This document shows, piece by piece, positions 38,348 through 46,925 of a DNA stretch of 48,815 bases. The notes beneath the pieces are model-generated. The model did no database searches. It was given only the letters and a program-made list of their open reading frames with translations, and was not told the DNA's origin. Position numbers and translations under genes: made by a program. How positions within the stretch are numbered: the first letter of the stretch is position 1; every line of letters begins with the position of its first letter. The DNA is from Pseudomonadota bacterium (GTDB lineage Bacteria > Bdellovibrionota_B > Oligoflexia > Oligoflexales > CAIMVM01): assembly GCA_037142195.1 (NCBI GenBank), contig JBAXBA010000019.1, positions 1 to 48,815 on the forward strand. The letters run 5' to 3'.

Positions 38348-38926
38348 ATGATGATTCTTTATGGTTCCCAAACTTCTCCCTTTGTGCGAAGGATCAGGTT
38401 GCTGCTGCAGCCGGATCAGTATGATTTTAGACAGGTAGACATATTTTCGGATTCTCGTCGAGCGGAATTAAAACAGATTTCCCCTCTCCTAAAACTACCC
38501 ATTCTGCAAATTGACGAGACAGCTATTTGGGATTCGCGGGTGATCTTTAATGAACTCGTGCGTCAGGGCTACCACCCGCCTTTGACATTAGGCGAAGAAA
38601 ATTTGCTAACTGCAATCAGCGATTGCTCCGATAGCCTGATTCAAATTTTGTTAGCACAGCGATCAAAGATTATCTTCCCACCAGGTTCACCTTTATACAC
38701 AAGCCATTTTGAAAGGGTGGCAAACACTTTAGATTTTCTCGATACTCAAATTCGGGAAGGCCAATTTTCTAAATGGAATTTTCTCGCTATGAGTCTTTAT
38801 GCGATGGTCGACTGGATTGATTTTCGAAGCCTTATTTCCCTTGCGGAGTATTCCGCATTAGTTGAATTTCGCAACGGCAACAAAAATCAACATCTGGTTG
38901 CCATGAGTGATCCACGTATTTCTTGA
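38348..38926 (+). CDS. Glutathione S-transferase family protein
   Basis: LYGSQTSPFVRRIR, SPLLKLPIL, WDSRVI. Confidence 0.9.
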   Translation: MMILYGSQTSPFVRRIRLLLQPDQYDFRQVDIFSDSRRAELKQISPLLKLPILQIDETAIWDSRVIFNELVRQGYHPPLTLGEENLLTAISDCSDSLIQILLAQRSKIIFPPGSPLYTSHFERVANTLDFLDTQIREGQFSKWNFLAMSLYAMVDWIDFRSLISLAEYSALVEFRNGNKNQHLVAMSDPRIS

Positions 38927-39025
38927 AATCAACTTAAGTTTCTTAGAGGATTCTAAACAATCATGTGCTCTTGGTCTTCATTTTAGGAAACCACTTCGCA
39001 GACTTGGGTTAAAAGACTATTAAAA

Positions 39026-39061
39026 AATAGAGTCACAGTTGCCGGCTTTGTGACTCCTATT
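39026..39061. terminator. Probable bidirectional terminator
   Basis: AATAG-AGTCACA...TGTGACT-CCTATT stem between convergent genes. Confidence 0.6.
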
Positions 39062-39099
39062 ATGAAGTGAGTCTTAATTAAAAAGTGAACTTTTAGCCT

Positions 39100-39564
39100 C
39101 TACTTGCGACTCATAAACTCTTTTGCCGACTCTAGGGCAGCTTTTCTTTGCTCAGGGCTCATGGTCTTTAAAAGATTTAACATACTAGCCATTTTTTCAG
39201 AATTGAAGCCTGGAATGGAACTCGCCAAGGACCCAAGTTTTTCTGGATCCATACCAGACAATTGACTCATGGCAGATTCTAAAAAGTTTGGGTCTTTAAG
39301 GCTCTGTGCAAATTTCGGATCTTTTAAGAGATCCTGGTTGAGAGCGTGAGTCGCTGAAAATACCATTCTGGAGCCTACGATCTCTGATTGAACTCCTTCT
39401 TGGCCTAGAAGATCTCTTACTTTATTAAAATGGAAGCCTTTTTCATGGGCAGCATCATAAAGTGCATCCAGAGAAAAGGACACCGATTTTGCTGGAAATC
39501 CATTCTTAGCTAAATTTCTGGAAACATTTTGCGCCATTTCTTGGATACTAACATCTTTTTCCAT
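39100..39564 (-). CDS. Hypothetical protein with a Met-rich STI1-like C-terminus
   Basis: KNGFPAKSVSF N-terminal domain; LKDPKF / LKDPNF / MDPEKL / MSPEQ repeats. Confidence 0.75.
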   Translation of the reverse strand: MEKDVSIQEMAQNVSRNLAKNGFPAKSVSFSLDALYDAAHEKGFHFNKVRDLLGQEGVQSEIVGSRMVFSATHALNQDLLKDPKFAQSLKDPNFLESAMSQLSGMDPEKLGSLASSIPGFNSEKMASMLNLLKTMSPEQRKAALESAKEFMSRK

Positions 39565-39906
39565 GCGAAAGCCTCATCGCGAGTTGAAGTCACTTTTTAT
39601 GCTTAGAGAGTAACCTCGTCAAGGGTACTTTGGGCATGAAAGAGATTTGCTCTACAAGAATGGGCTTTGCTGCTGTTTTTATTGATAAATTGTAGTGCCA
39701 GGTAGAGCCTCCAACTTGGGGCAGAGTGGAATATTCTCCCAAAGATTCAAAAAAGATACACCTTTGGGAATCTGTCTAAATAGATCTCAGTTTGGCATTC
39801 ACCAGTCAGGTAAAGACTTCCAGGACTGCCGAGCAAAGTGCAGTGGCGCTATTTTAGCAGACCAGATATCATGACGCCTGAGACACTCAAATAAAGGGAG
39901 AATACT

Positions 39907-40533
39907 TTGGAAACACAATCCGCTACTTTGGATAGGTTTGTCCCGCTAACCCAAGTTGATGCAGTCACCTTATTGGATGTCTCCCCATCGCACGAAGCGA
40001 GTTTGAAACAATGGCTATCATCTTCTCAGCGCACTGCTGATAAACAGTACTTAAAACATATTAATGTCACTTTAAAGCTATCCTTGCCTGAATATGTTTG
40101 GACCGAATTGATGGAATATTGTGTTACAGGAGCTATACCCTTAGGGCGTGTTACTGTGATAAAGAAGTCATGGGAACATGTTGAAGTTCAGTCCTTTAGA
40201 AGTTCTCCGCATGGGAGGTCATCAATTCCCAGTGACAGGTTGGCTCGAGAAGGTGAAGTTCACCTCAAATTTGAGAAGCTTTTTGATACCATATTGGAAA
40301 CTTCTCAAGAATTTAGAGGTCTTGGCGTCAGTGAGGAGCAAATTTCTATATTGATGCCCAGAACTAGAAAATACGAAATCCTGTGGGGTTTAGATTTAGG
40401 GGAATGCCTCGAAGTACTTAAGCTTTCTGGAAAAGAAAATGTACTCTGGGAAGTAAGGGAATTTGCCATTAGCCTTCGCGAAGTCCTCAAAGAAGGAATC
40501 GTAGGATTTGGTCATATCGGCGGTTTGTCGTAA
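39907..40533 (+). CDS. ThyX-like protein with degenerate active site
   Basis: LKHINVTLKL and GVSEEQISILMP...WEVREFAISLREVLKE resemble ThyX; the RHR-x7-S motif is absent; TTG start after AAGGGAG. Confidence 0.6.
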   Translation: METQSATLDRFVPLTQVDAVTLLDVSPSHEASLKQWLSSSQRTADKQYLKHINVTLKLSLPEYVWTELMEYCVTGAIPLGRVTVIKKSWEHVEVQSFRSSPHGRSSIPSDRLAREGEVHLKFEKLFDTILETSQEFRGLGVSEEQISILMPRTRKYEILWGLDLGECLEVLKLSGKENVLWEVREFAISLREVLKEGIVGFGHIGGLS

Positions 40534-40660
40534 AATCTAAGCATGAGGGAAATACTGGTACTGTAGCGGATGAAGCCTGGAGTTTCGACTTACGGCGCTT
40601 CATGGCTTTTCTTGATGATTCCAGTTTATAGTTGCGTTTGAGGTTTAGGAATCTCGTTTT

Positions 40661-42097
40661 TTGATGTTTTTAGGTCGAGGTCCAAATTTGATAAAATCTA
40701 AAAACTCATTTTGGCCCTATTCTAGACTAAAATCTACGATTGCAATCGCTTTGTTTGTGATGGTTGTTGCAAGATTATTTGTTTTACAAATAAAGCCATG
40801 GCCTGTTTCACCAACTTTAGAAGCTATGATCACCCTAGAGTATGTCAATGTTAAGTCGAATGAATCGTGTAAAAATCCCCAGGCAGGATCCGAGTTTAGG
40901 CATGCCATTGAAAGTAGAAGTCCGACTATTTCTTGGTTGGTTTCGCCAGGTTATTGGGTTTTAGGGCTATTTGCTTGTCGCGACGGTGAGATTAACGTCA
41001 ATCGTTTAGTAAAGTGGAATCAGTGGTTCACGATAGCCACCGCTTTTATGAGCTGCATTCTTCTGCGATTTTTAGCAAGTTCTTGGCTACTAGGGCTCTT
41101 TGCAGCATTCTCTATTTTGACAAAGTCTTCTATTTTAGCTCGTCAAGGATTGCTAGCTGTAGATGCCCCGATGATGTTTTTTATCATGAGCTGGTTTTGT
41201 GGTTTTGCTCATTATGTGAGAACTGGGAGTTTTTTGGGGGTAGCCCTTGGATTTTTGTTCTATGCGCTCGCGGTGTTTTTTGACCGATCAGCGCTAGTTT
41301 TGGGCCTGTGTATTCCTGCTTTGTTAGTGGGAGCATGGACTTTAAGAAAGATGTTGGCTGAAAGCGTGGTTACTAGACTTAAAGCAGTGGAGTTAGATGA
41401 GCGTCAATCCTTGCCGGTACTTCTTGAAAGACGAAATCTGTTTTCTCGAGCATTTGATAGTTTTGTACCAGCTGTAACATATAGTTGGGATTTAGCCTCG
41501 CGAGTAAAATCAGGGGGTGTTTTTTCGACCTTGCGGGTACCTTTTGCCTACTGGGCCTATTATCGAAAACGCTGGCTTAGAATTTCTTTAGCTTGGATTG
41601 CCTTAACATTAGGCCTGGCCTTTTTAGCAACCCAAATAGAGTGGCAGATATTTGGGTTGCCACGAGAACGACTAAAATTAGATATCATTGATCCTTTGTT
41701 AACGATTATTCAACTTAAAGGTCAGGGATTGCATGCGCTCTGGCTTGTCGAAGTCTTGGAGCCTATGGACTTTAGGTTGTTGTGTGCCCTTTCCGTAGTG
41801 ATTCTTTGCGCATTGCGCTCTCCAGCGGAAGGTCTCCCTGGATACCTGGAAGTTTCCTTACTTTTTTTAATTGTTCTTGGAGGTTTTTTCTTCATAGCTT
41901 GGTTATCCGACAGTGTTGATGGCAACCTTTATAAGTCCCTAACGAGCCATGGGGTTTGGGGGGAGATGAAATATCTCATTCCGATTCGCCGTTTTTTTGG
42001 CTGGGTAGAACCTACCCTGATCACTTTAGGGGTAGGCGGGGTCTATAATCTTATTATGGTTGCAGGTCATCGAGCTGGAAAGGAAAAAAAGTCTTAA
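40661..42097 (+). CDS. Polytopic membrane protein, possibly GT-C/PMT-like
   Basis: Many TM segments; SPGY...LGL and DAPMMFF resemble GT-C fold proteins; start uncertain. Confidence 0.6.
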   Translation: MMFLGRGPNLIKSKNSFWPYSRLKSTIAIALFVMVVARLFVLQIKPWPVSPTLEAMITLEYVNVKSNESCKNPQAGSEFRHAIESRSPTISWLVSPGYWVLGLFACRDGEINVNRLVKWNQWFTIATAFMSCILLRFLASSWLLGLFAAFSILTKSSILARQGLLAVDAPMMFFIMSWFCGFAHYVRTGSFLGVALGFLFYALAVFFDRSALVLGLCIPALLVGAWTLRKMLAESVVTRLKAVELDERQSLPVLLERRNLFSRAFDSFVPAVTYSWDLASRVKSGGVFSTLRVPFAYWAYYRKRWLRISLAWIALTLGLAFLATQIEWQIFGLPRERLKLDIIDPLLTIIQLKGQGLHALWLVEVLEPMDFRLLCALSVVILCALRSPAEGLPGYLEVSLLFLIVLGGFFFIAWLSDSVDGNLYKSLTSHGVWGEMKYLIPIRRFFGWVEPTLITLGVGGVYNLIMVAGHRAGKEKKS

Positions 42098-42922
42098 ATG
42101 AAAACATCCAAATTATTTTTAGCCGTTCTTTCAGGTCTAGTGATGGGCGCATGTCAAAATCGCAATAATGACGTTTTAGGACATCCTCATCAAATGACGG
42201 ATGCGTCCATGGGCTTATCGGCAAAAACGGATGACACTCTTGCATTAAATGGCGCAGATTTAAGCAAGTCACATTCCTGCAAATCTTTGAATATTCCAAA
42301 TTTGCCTTTTTGGTTTCCGGAAACTAAGGTTTTTCTAACCCGAGTTTCGGCTGCCTGTTCCAGTGGAAATGGAAATCTGGAGGCTCAAGAAGGAGCCCAG
42401 TGGGTCGCCATGGGGATTCCTTGTTCGGGAGGAGATCACCGGTTTCGTTGGCTAGAAAATTATGACGATCCCAAACAGGTATTATTTGACTTTGCTATTG
42501 CTTGTCCCATGGCCCATTCCCAAGCTGAAGTTTCCGAGTCTATTTCTAAGACTACTGGACTTGATGCCTCGAAACTTATTGCTTTTAATCCCATGTCGGT
42601 CGTCTATTGGGAGTTGCAAAATACTGGGGAAAAGGACGTTGGATCACTGATAAGAGTGACCAATATTAAGGAATTGAAACCTTACTGGCGTGAATTTTTA
42701 TATAAAAAGAAACCTCTTACATTTAAATTGGTTGGTTTTGAGTCTGCCTGGTTAGAAGGCCGCAAGTACTTTGAAGTTCAAGTGGATGTTTTTTTAAGGA
42801 GTCGCAATCGCTTCTCCATTGAGATTAAAAACACTAAGGTGTTGGAAAGTAAAGACGTAGCGAATCTTCAATTTGCTTGTAAGGAACTAACCCCAAGGCG
42901 GGACTGTGACCGCGTTTTTTAG
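42098..42922 (+). CDS. Hypothetical Cys-rich lipoprotein
   Basis: Lipobox MGAC; starts immediately after the upstream stop codon. Confidence 0.8.
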   Translation: MKTSKLFLAVLSGLVMGACQNRNNDVLGHPHQMTDASMGLSAKTDDTLALNGADLSKSHSCKSLNIPNLPFWFPETKVFLTRVSAACSSGNGNLEAQEGAQWVAMGIPCSGGDHRFRWLENYDDPKQVLFDFAIACPMAHSQAEVSESISKTTGLDASKLIAFNPMSVVYWELQNTGEKDVGSLIRVTNIKELKPYWREFLYKKKPLTFKLVGFESAWLEGRKYFEVQVDVFLRSRNRFSIEIKNTKVLESKDVANLQFACKELTPRRDCDRVF

Positions 42923-43136
42923 GCGTATTTCTTTTAGATCATCTAAGTTAGGTTCCTAGAAGTTCGCCTATTCCCGTTCGGACTTAGACACAGCAGCTGT
43001 GTCTGCTTAATCCAAGAAGCTAAATTAGCTTTTTTAAAATGGTAGATTTATTCAAATTGGCCTTATAAAATATCAGTCTCAAATAGCCATCACTTCGATT
43101 TAGCTAGCGAATCGATCCTAAATTGAAAGCGAGAGA

Positions 43137-45791
43137 ATGATTAAAAGCCTATCATCTAATACCAAAAAACTTCTTGGTCAAATTGAATCTTTGCATGTTA
43201 AATCTGAGAGAGAGAAAGTAATTTCTAATCTTTCCCAAGGTCAGGGAGACGATGCAGCCCGCTCCTTAATTGATTTATTTGATTGGAGTCCATGGCGAGA
43301 AACTAGACTGGAATTGACGAGGGCACTAGGTCAAACAAAGTCAGTCCGCGCCTTTGAACATTTGGTACGTCTAGCATCTCAAGATAAGGATCTGCAATTA
43401 GCAGGTGAAGCTATTTTGGCCCTAGGAGAAAGCGGGTTGCCGGAAGCTGGGGCATTTCTCATGAATTTACTCGATAGCATCGATCGTCCTTTGATTAAAG
43501 AAATGATTATCGCAATAGGTCGAATTCCTTACATGCCTATAGAATCTCGCCTAAGTGCTCTTCTAAAGTCACTCCCGAAGCGTGAGTACACTGGATTGAA
43601 ACAGTATTTGATACTCTCACTGGGAAAAAGACAGTCACGACTAGCTCGAGAAATTCTTTTGGAGATTCTTGAGGAAGCCGTTAGGTATGATGATTCATTG
43701 CTGTTAAATTCTGCTCTACTATGCGCGGGTCGACTGGGGGATGAAACCACATTGAGTTTTCTTCGCCAACTTGATACCCGCTATCGATTGTTTGCCGATC
43801 ACCTTAAGACAGATGCCATTCAATTGATCGAAAGTAGAGCCCATCTTTCTTTAGAAGATGTTCTTTCTCAGGTTCTATCGGAACCCGATCCCATTAAAAA
43901 ATGGCAGATTTCCATCGCTTTTCAATCCTTTGATCCCGAGGATGTTGCCGAAATTTCAGACACTTTTGCCGATGACCTAGAGGATCTTGACGCCGCTGTG
44001 ATCGCTTTGCATGTTCCACTCGAAGACGATCATCTGCTTTTAGCAATGAATGGGGACATACCTGAGGGTCTGAAGCATGCCATTTTTCAACGCTTTGCCA
44101 ATAGCCGAAGCCACGTGGCAAAAATCCTTGAAGAGCTGTTGTCCTTGCGTAAATTTCAACTTCTGGCGAATATTGATTTTCCAGAAGTTTGCAGATTTTT
44201 AAGCAAAATTATCACCGATAAAACCCATGAAAATGATTTGCCACTTCTGATCAATGCCCTGGTGAATCAAGTTTTGATAAGAGCAGGGCAGGGGCGAGAT
44301 GAAGTAGGAAAGACTTTTCTGCGGCTCATGCCTAAGCATTCCGGAGAACAAAAAGCCCGTCTTATTCGGGCGATTGCGCAAATTGGCTATTGTGAAAAAA
44401 CGTTTCTAGACCAATTAAGAGCGGCTGTAGTAAAAGATGAGGGGCTGCGTCAATCGGCCTATTATGCTCTTGCAACCTTGCAGACCCTAGCTACAGAAAA
44501 GATAGTTGTCGATCGTTTAAATGAGGTGAAGAGCCAAGCTTTTTCTCATGAGATCGCTTCTGCGATTTCTTCGCTCGGTGATGCGGACACGAATTCGATT
44601 GATTTTCCACAAGATATCATCGGCGCCGAGGATGAAATTTTAAGATTGATGACCAAGCGGACAGTCCCTGGATACGAAAATCTGCTTGTTAAATCTCTCA
44701 TGGCTGAGGATTTTTCTAGCAAGCTGTTAGCGCTAGCAGCCGGACGCTATAATGGATCAAAGGCTTTATGGGGCGAATCTAGAAGGTATGTAAACGATGA
44801 AAATCCTTGCCTCAAATGGCGAGCTATCGACACTTTATGTCTCGGTGATTGTGCAAGCCATTTCTTTCTTCTTGATCTCATGGGACCTGAACTCAATCCA
44901 AGTCAAGACTTTTTGAGGAAAATAGCTTTGAGCATGCGCCCTGAAACTGGTGCCGATTATCGAAAATTTGTCCAAAGAGTTTCAGAATGGCTTTATGAAT
45001 CTAAAGGAGAATATCGCCAGCCATCAGTAAGAGAAGGTCTTCAGTCGCTTGTCGACAACCTGATATTGATGAATGCCGGAGTGGGAGCGGATAAGGAAGG
45101 TAAAGCCATCTCCAATGCGATGATTGACGAAGGATTACGAAGAGAGATTCCTCGCTATGATGAACTATCTGAAACAGTTAAATCAGTCATTCGGAATGCG
45201 GAATTGATGCATCTTCACCCAGAGCTGTTTGACAATGCTGTCGATAAAAGCCCTGCCATTGTTCAGTATACAAAGTCGTTAGATATTCTTTTTCAGGAAA
45301 AAATAGGCAATGCACTCTTTTTGCGGTCGAGTCGAGAGCTCCTGACTCGCATGCAATCTAGAATTGCCGAACTTAATCTCGATGATGTCTCCCATTCCCC
45401 TGATTATCTTCTTCGCTTGCTGTCTTGTGGCAAAGGTCTATCGGTCGATAATTTTGCTTGGCATAAATTCACGAGCCTACTCGGTGAAATTCGTTCCGGC
45501 AGGATCATGGAGCTGCAGTATCGCGCGATCGATGGATTGCGTGCCTGGGCGATTTTAATTTTGGTTTTTGGCCGCGACTTTCTGGCCATGGGGCAAAAAA
45601 AGCGATGTATTTTCCCCTTTAAAAATCCAGCGAGTGATAGGGTTGAAAGGATTGCTGTTCAAATGAGTGAACTTCAAGATTTACGAAATATGGCAGCTCA
45701 CCGGGGAACCGTGGTAGAATCATCTCAGATCAAGAAAATAAGGACAACGGCAATCGGACTCATCAATGAACTTTTGTTTGTGATGGGATAA
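43137..45791 (+). CDS. HEAT-repeat protein with HEPN-like C-terminal domain
   Basis: RALG / LALG / IAIG / LSLG HEAT-like units; C-terminal DKSPAIVQYTKSLD and LQDLRNMAAH. Confidence 0.8.
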   Translation: MIKSLSSNTKKLLGQIESLHVKSEREKVISNLSQGQGDDAARSLIDLFDWSPWRETRLELTRALGQTKSVRAFEHLVRLASQDKDLQLAGEAILALGESGLPEAGAFLMNLLDSIDRPLIKEMIIAIGRIPYMPIESRLSALLKSLPKREYTGLKQYLILSLGKRQSRLAREILLEILEEAVRYDDSLLLNSALLCAGRLGDETTLSFLRQLDTRYRLFADHLKTDAIQLIESRAHLSLEDVLSQVLSEPDPIKKWQISIAFQSFDPEDVAEISDTFADDLEDLDAAVIALHVPLEDDHLLLAMNGDIPEGLKHAIFQRFANSRSHVAKILEELLSLRKFQLLANIDFPEVCRFLSKIITDKTHENDLPLLINALVNQVLIRAGQGRDEVGKTFLRLMPKHSGEQKARLIRAIAQIGYCEKTFLDQLRAAVVKDEGLRQSAYYALATLQTLATEKIVVDRLNEVKSQAFSHEIASAISSLGDADTNSIDFPQDIIGAEDEILRLMTKRTVPGYENLLVKSLMAEDFSSKLLALAAGRYNGSKALWGESRRYVNDENPCLKWRAIDTLCLGDCASHFFLLDLMGPELNPSQDFLRKIALSMRPETGADYRKFVQRVSEWLYESKGEYRQPSVREGLQSLVDNLILMNAGVGADKEGKAISNAMIDEGLRREIPRYDELSETVKSVIRNAELMHLHPELFDNAVDKSPAIVQYTKSLDILFQEKIGNALFLRSSRELLTRMQSRIAELNLDDVSHSPDYLLRLLSCGKGLSVDNFAWHKFTSLLGEIRSGRIMELQYRAIDGLRAWAILILVFGRDFLAMGQKKRCIFPFKNPASDRVERIAVQMSELQDLRNMAAHRGTVVESSQIKKIRTTAIGLINELLFVMG

Positions 45792-45884
45792 AGCCGACAA
45801 AAGAAGCGAAATAATTCTAAAAATGATTAAGAGTCAGCAGGAATTAAAATCAGAAATAAAGTAGCAAGAAATCAAAGGGTGTGA

Positions 45885-46109
45885 ATGTTCCAACTACTAA
45901 TTTGTCTTTGCGCCATTGGTTTAGGCTTCTTGGGATGTAAGAATAAGTCTGAATCCCCAGGGACAACTACTTCTGCTGTTGAGACTAGAGTTTCAGATGC
46001 AACGACCTACAATCCTTTCAGCAGTGGGATCGGGGCGCGTAATTCAACTCTTCCCCTCACAAACCCACCTAGTAAACGGAAGGGACGTCTTTACTCCCGC
46101 TCGCACTAA
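45885..46109 (+). CDS. Short, possibly truncated lipoprotein
   Basis: Lipobox FLGC and a Ser/Thr linker, ending just before the IS91 remnant. Confidence 0.5.
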   Translation: MFQLLICLCAIGLGFLGCKNKSESPGTTTSAVETRVSDATTYNPFSSGIGARNSTLPLTNPPSKRKGRLYSRSH

Positions 46110-46218
46110 AGCAACAAAATTATTAAGACCTTTCCTATAGAGCATGCCTGGTTTGTAGTTGCGTCATGTCACCGTTTGCCATGCGGTATTTTGTCACTTC
46201 TACTCTGATGGTCAGGTT

Positions 46219-46233
46219 TGGCACATTGCTTGC
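46219..46233 (+). promoter_or_regulatory. Sigma-54-type -24/-12 motif
   Basis: TGGCAC-ATTGC-TTGC matches TGGCAC-N5-TTGC. Confidence 0.55.
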
Positions 46234-46235
46234 CT

Positions 46236-46427
46236 ATGGAAGCTGTCAAACCTTCAAAACCAGTTACCTACATGCGTCGACGTCCGGAGCTTACTCCGTG
46301 CTACCGCATCCTTCAAAATCACCTAAACACTTTTATCGCCGACAGAGATAGGGAAGGAAGACCTTTACCAAACTATGTGATTAAAGAGTTTGATGCTTTT
46401 CTAGAGTGTGGGATTCCAGCCTATGGG
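46236..46427 (+). pseudogene. 5' fragment of an IS91-family transposase, interrupted
   Basis: YMRRRPELTPCYRILQNHLNTF...LPNYVIKEFDAFLECGIPAYG is a typical N-terminus of the IS91 zinc-binding region; similarity ends before the expected F....C..C. Confidence 0.85.
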
Positions 46428-46428
46428 T

Positions 46429-46707
46429 GGATCGTTACACACTAAGTATGACCGCCAACTTTTGCCGATCTCAGTAGAAATTACTCGCCGCCACCACCCG
46501 TTAGCAGGACAAAAATTTGCGCCAGTCCGTTCTGGTAAAGATTACTTTGTTTTGCTGTTGCCAGATACCTCCCACATCAAAATTCCAAAGAACTGGACGA
46601 ATTTTGGATCTAATCTGGAGATTGATCCAATGTGTCAGGACACAGTTTTTACAAAAGCTTCAGTTTTGGAGCTCTTGGATATTGTAGGAATTTTAAGTCT
46701 TCGTTGA
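46429..46707 (+). CDS. DUF5372 (Y4bD/Y4pK) family protein; start uncertain
   Basis: VEITRRHHPLAGQKF...LPD...IPKNWT; the frame is open back across the element boundary. Confidence 0.75.
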   Translation, partial: GSLHTKYDRQLLPISVEITRRHHPLAGQKFAPVRSGKDYFVLLLPDTSHIKIPKNWTNFGSNLEIDPMCQDTVFTKASVLELLDIVGILSLR

Positions 46708-46760
46708 TTCGCACGCTCTTTACTGTAGGTTTTCTCAATTATATTGGGAGGAACTCTATA

Positions 46761-46925
46761 TTGAAACAGCTTGGTTTTCGGTTTGACGTCGATGCGGATT
46801 TAGAAGGTATTTGGGACTCCATCCCCATTGAACATCAACAAGAGTTTATTCGTGTCCATTCTGAACTTGTCGTCAAGGTCACTAAGAATCAACCCCCAGT
46901 GAATTCGGAGCATGAAAATGAATAA
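46761..46925 (+). CDS. Small 54-aa protein coupled to the recombinase
   Basis: GGGAGG RBS, TTG start, IWDSIPIEHQQEFIRV motif; its stop overlaps the recombinase start. Confidence 0.7.
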   Translation: MKQLGFRFDVDADLEGIWDSIPIEHQQEFIRVHSELVVKVTKNQPPVNSEHENE

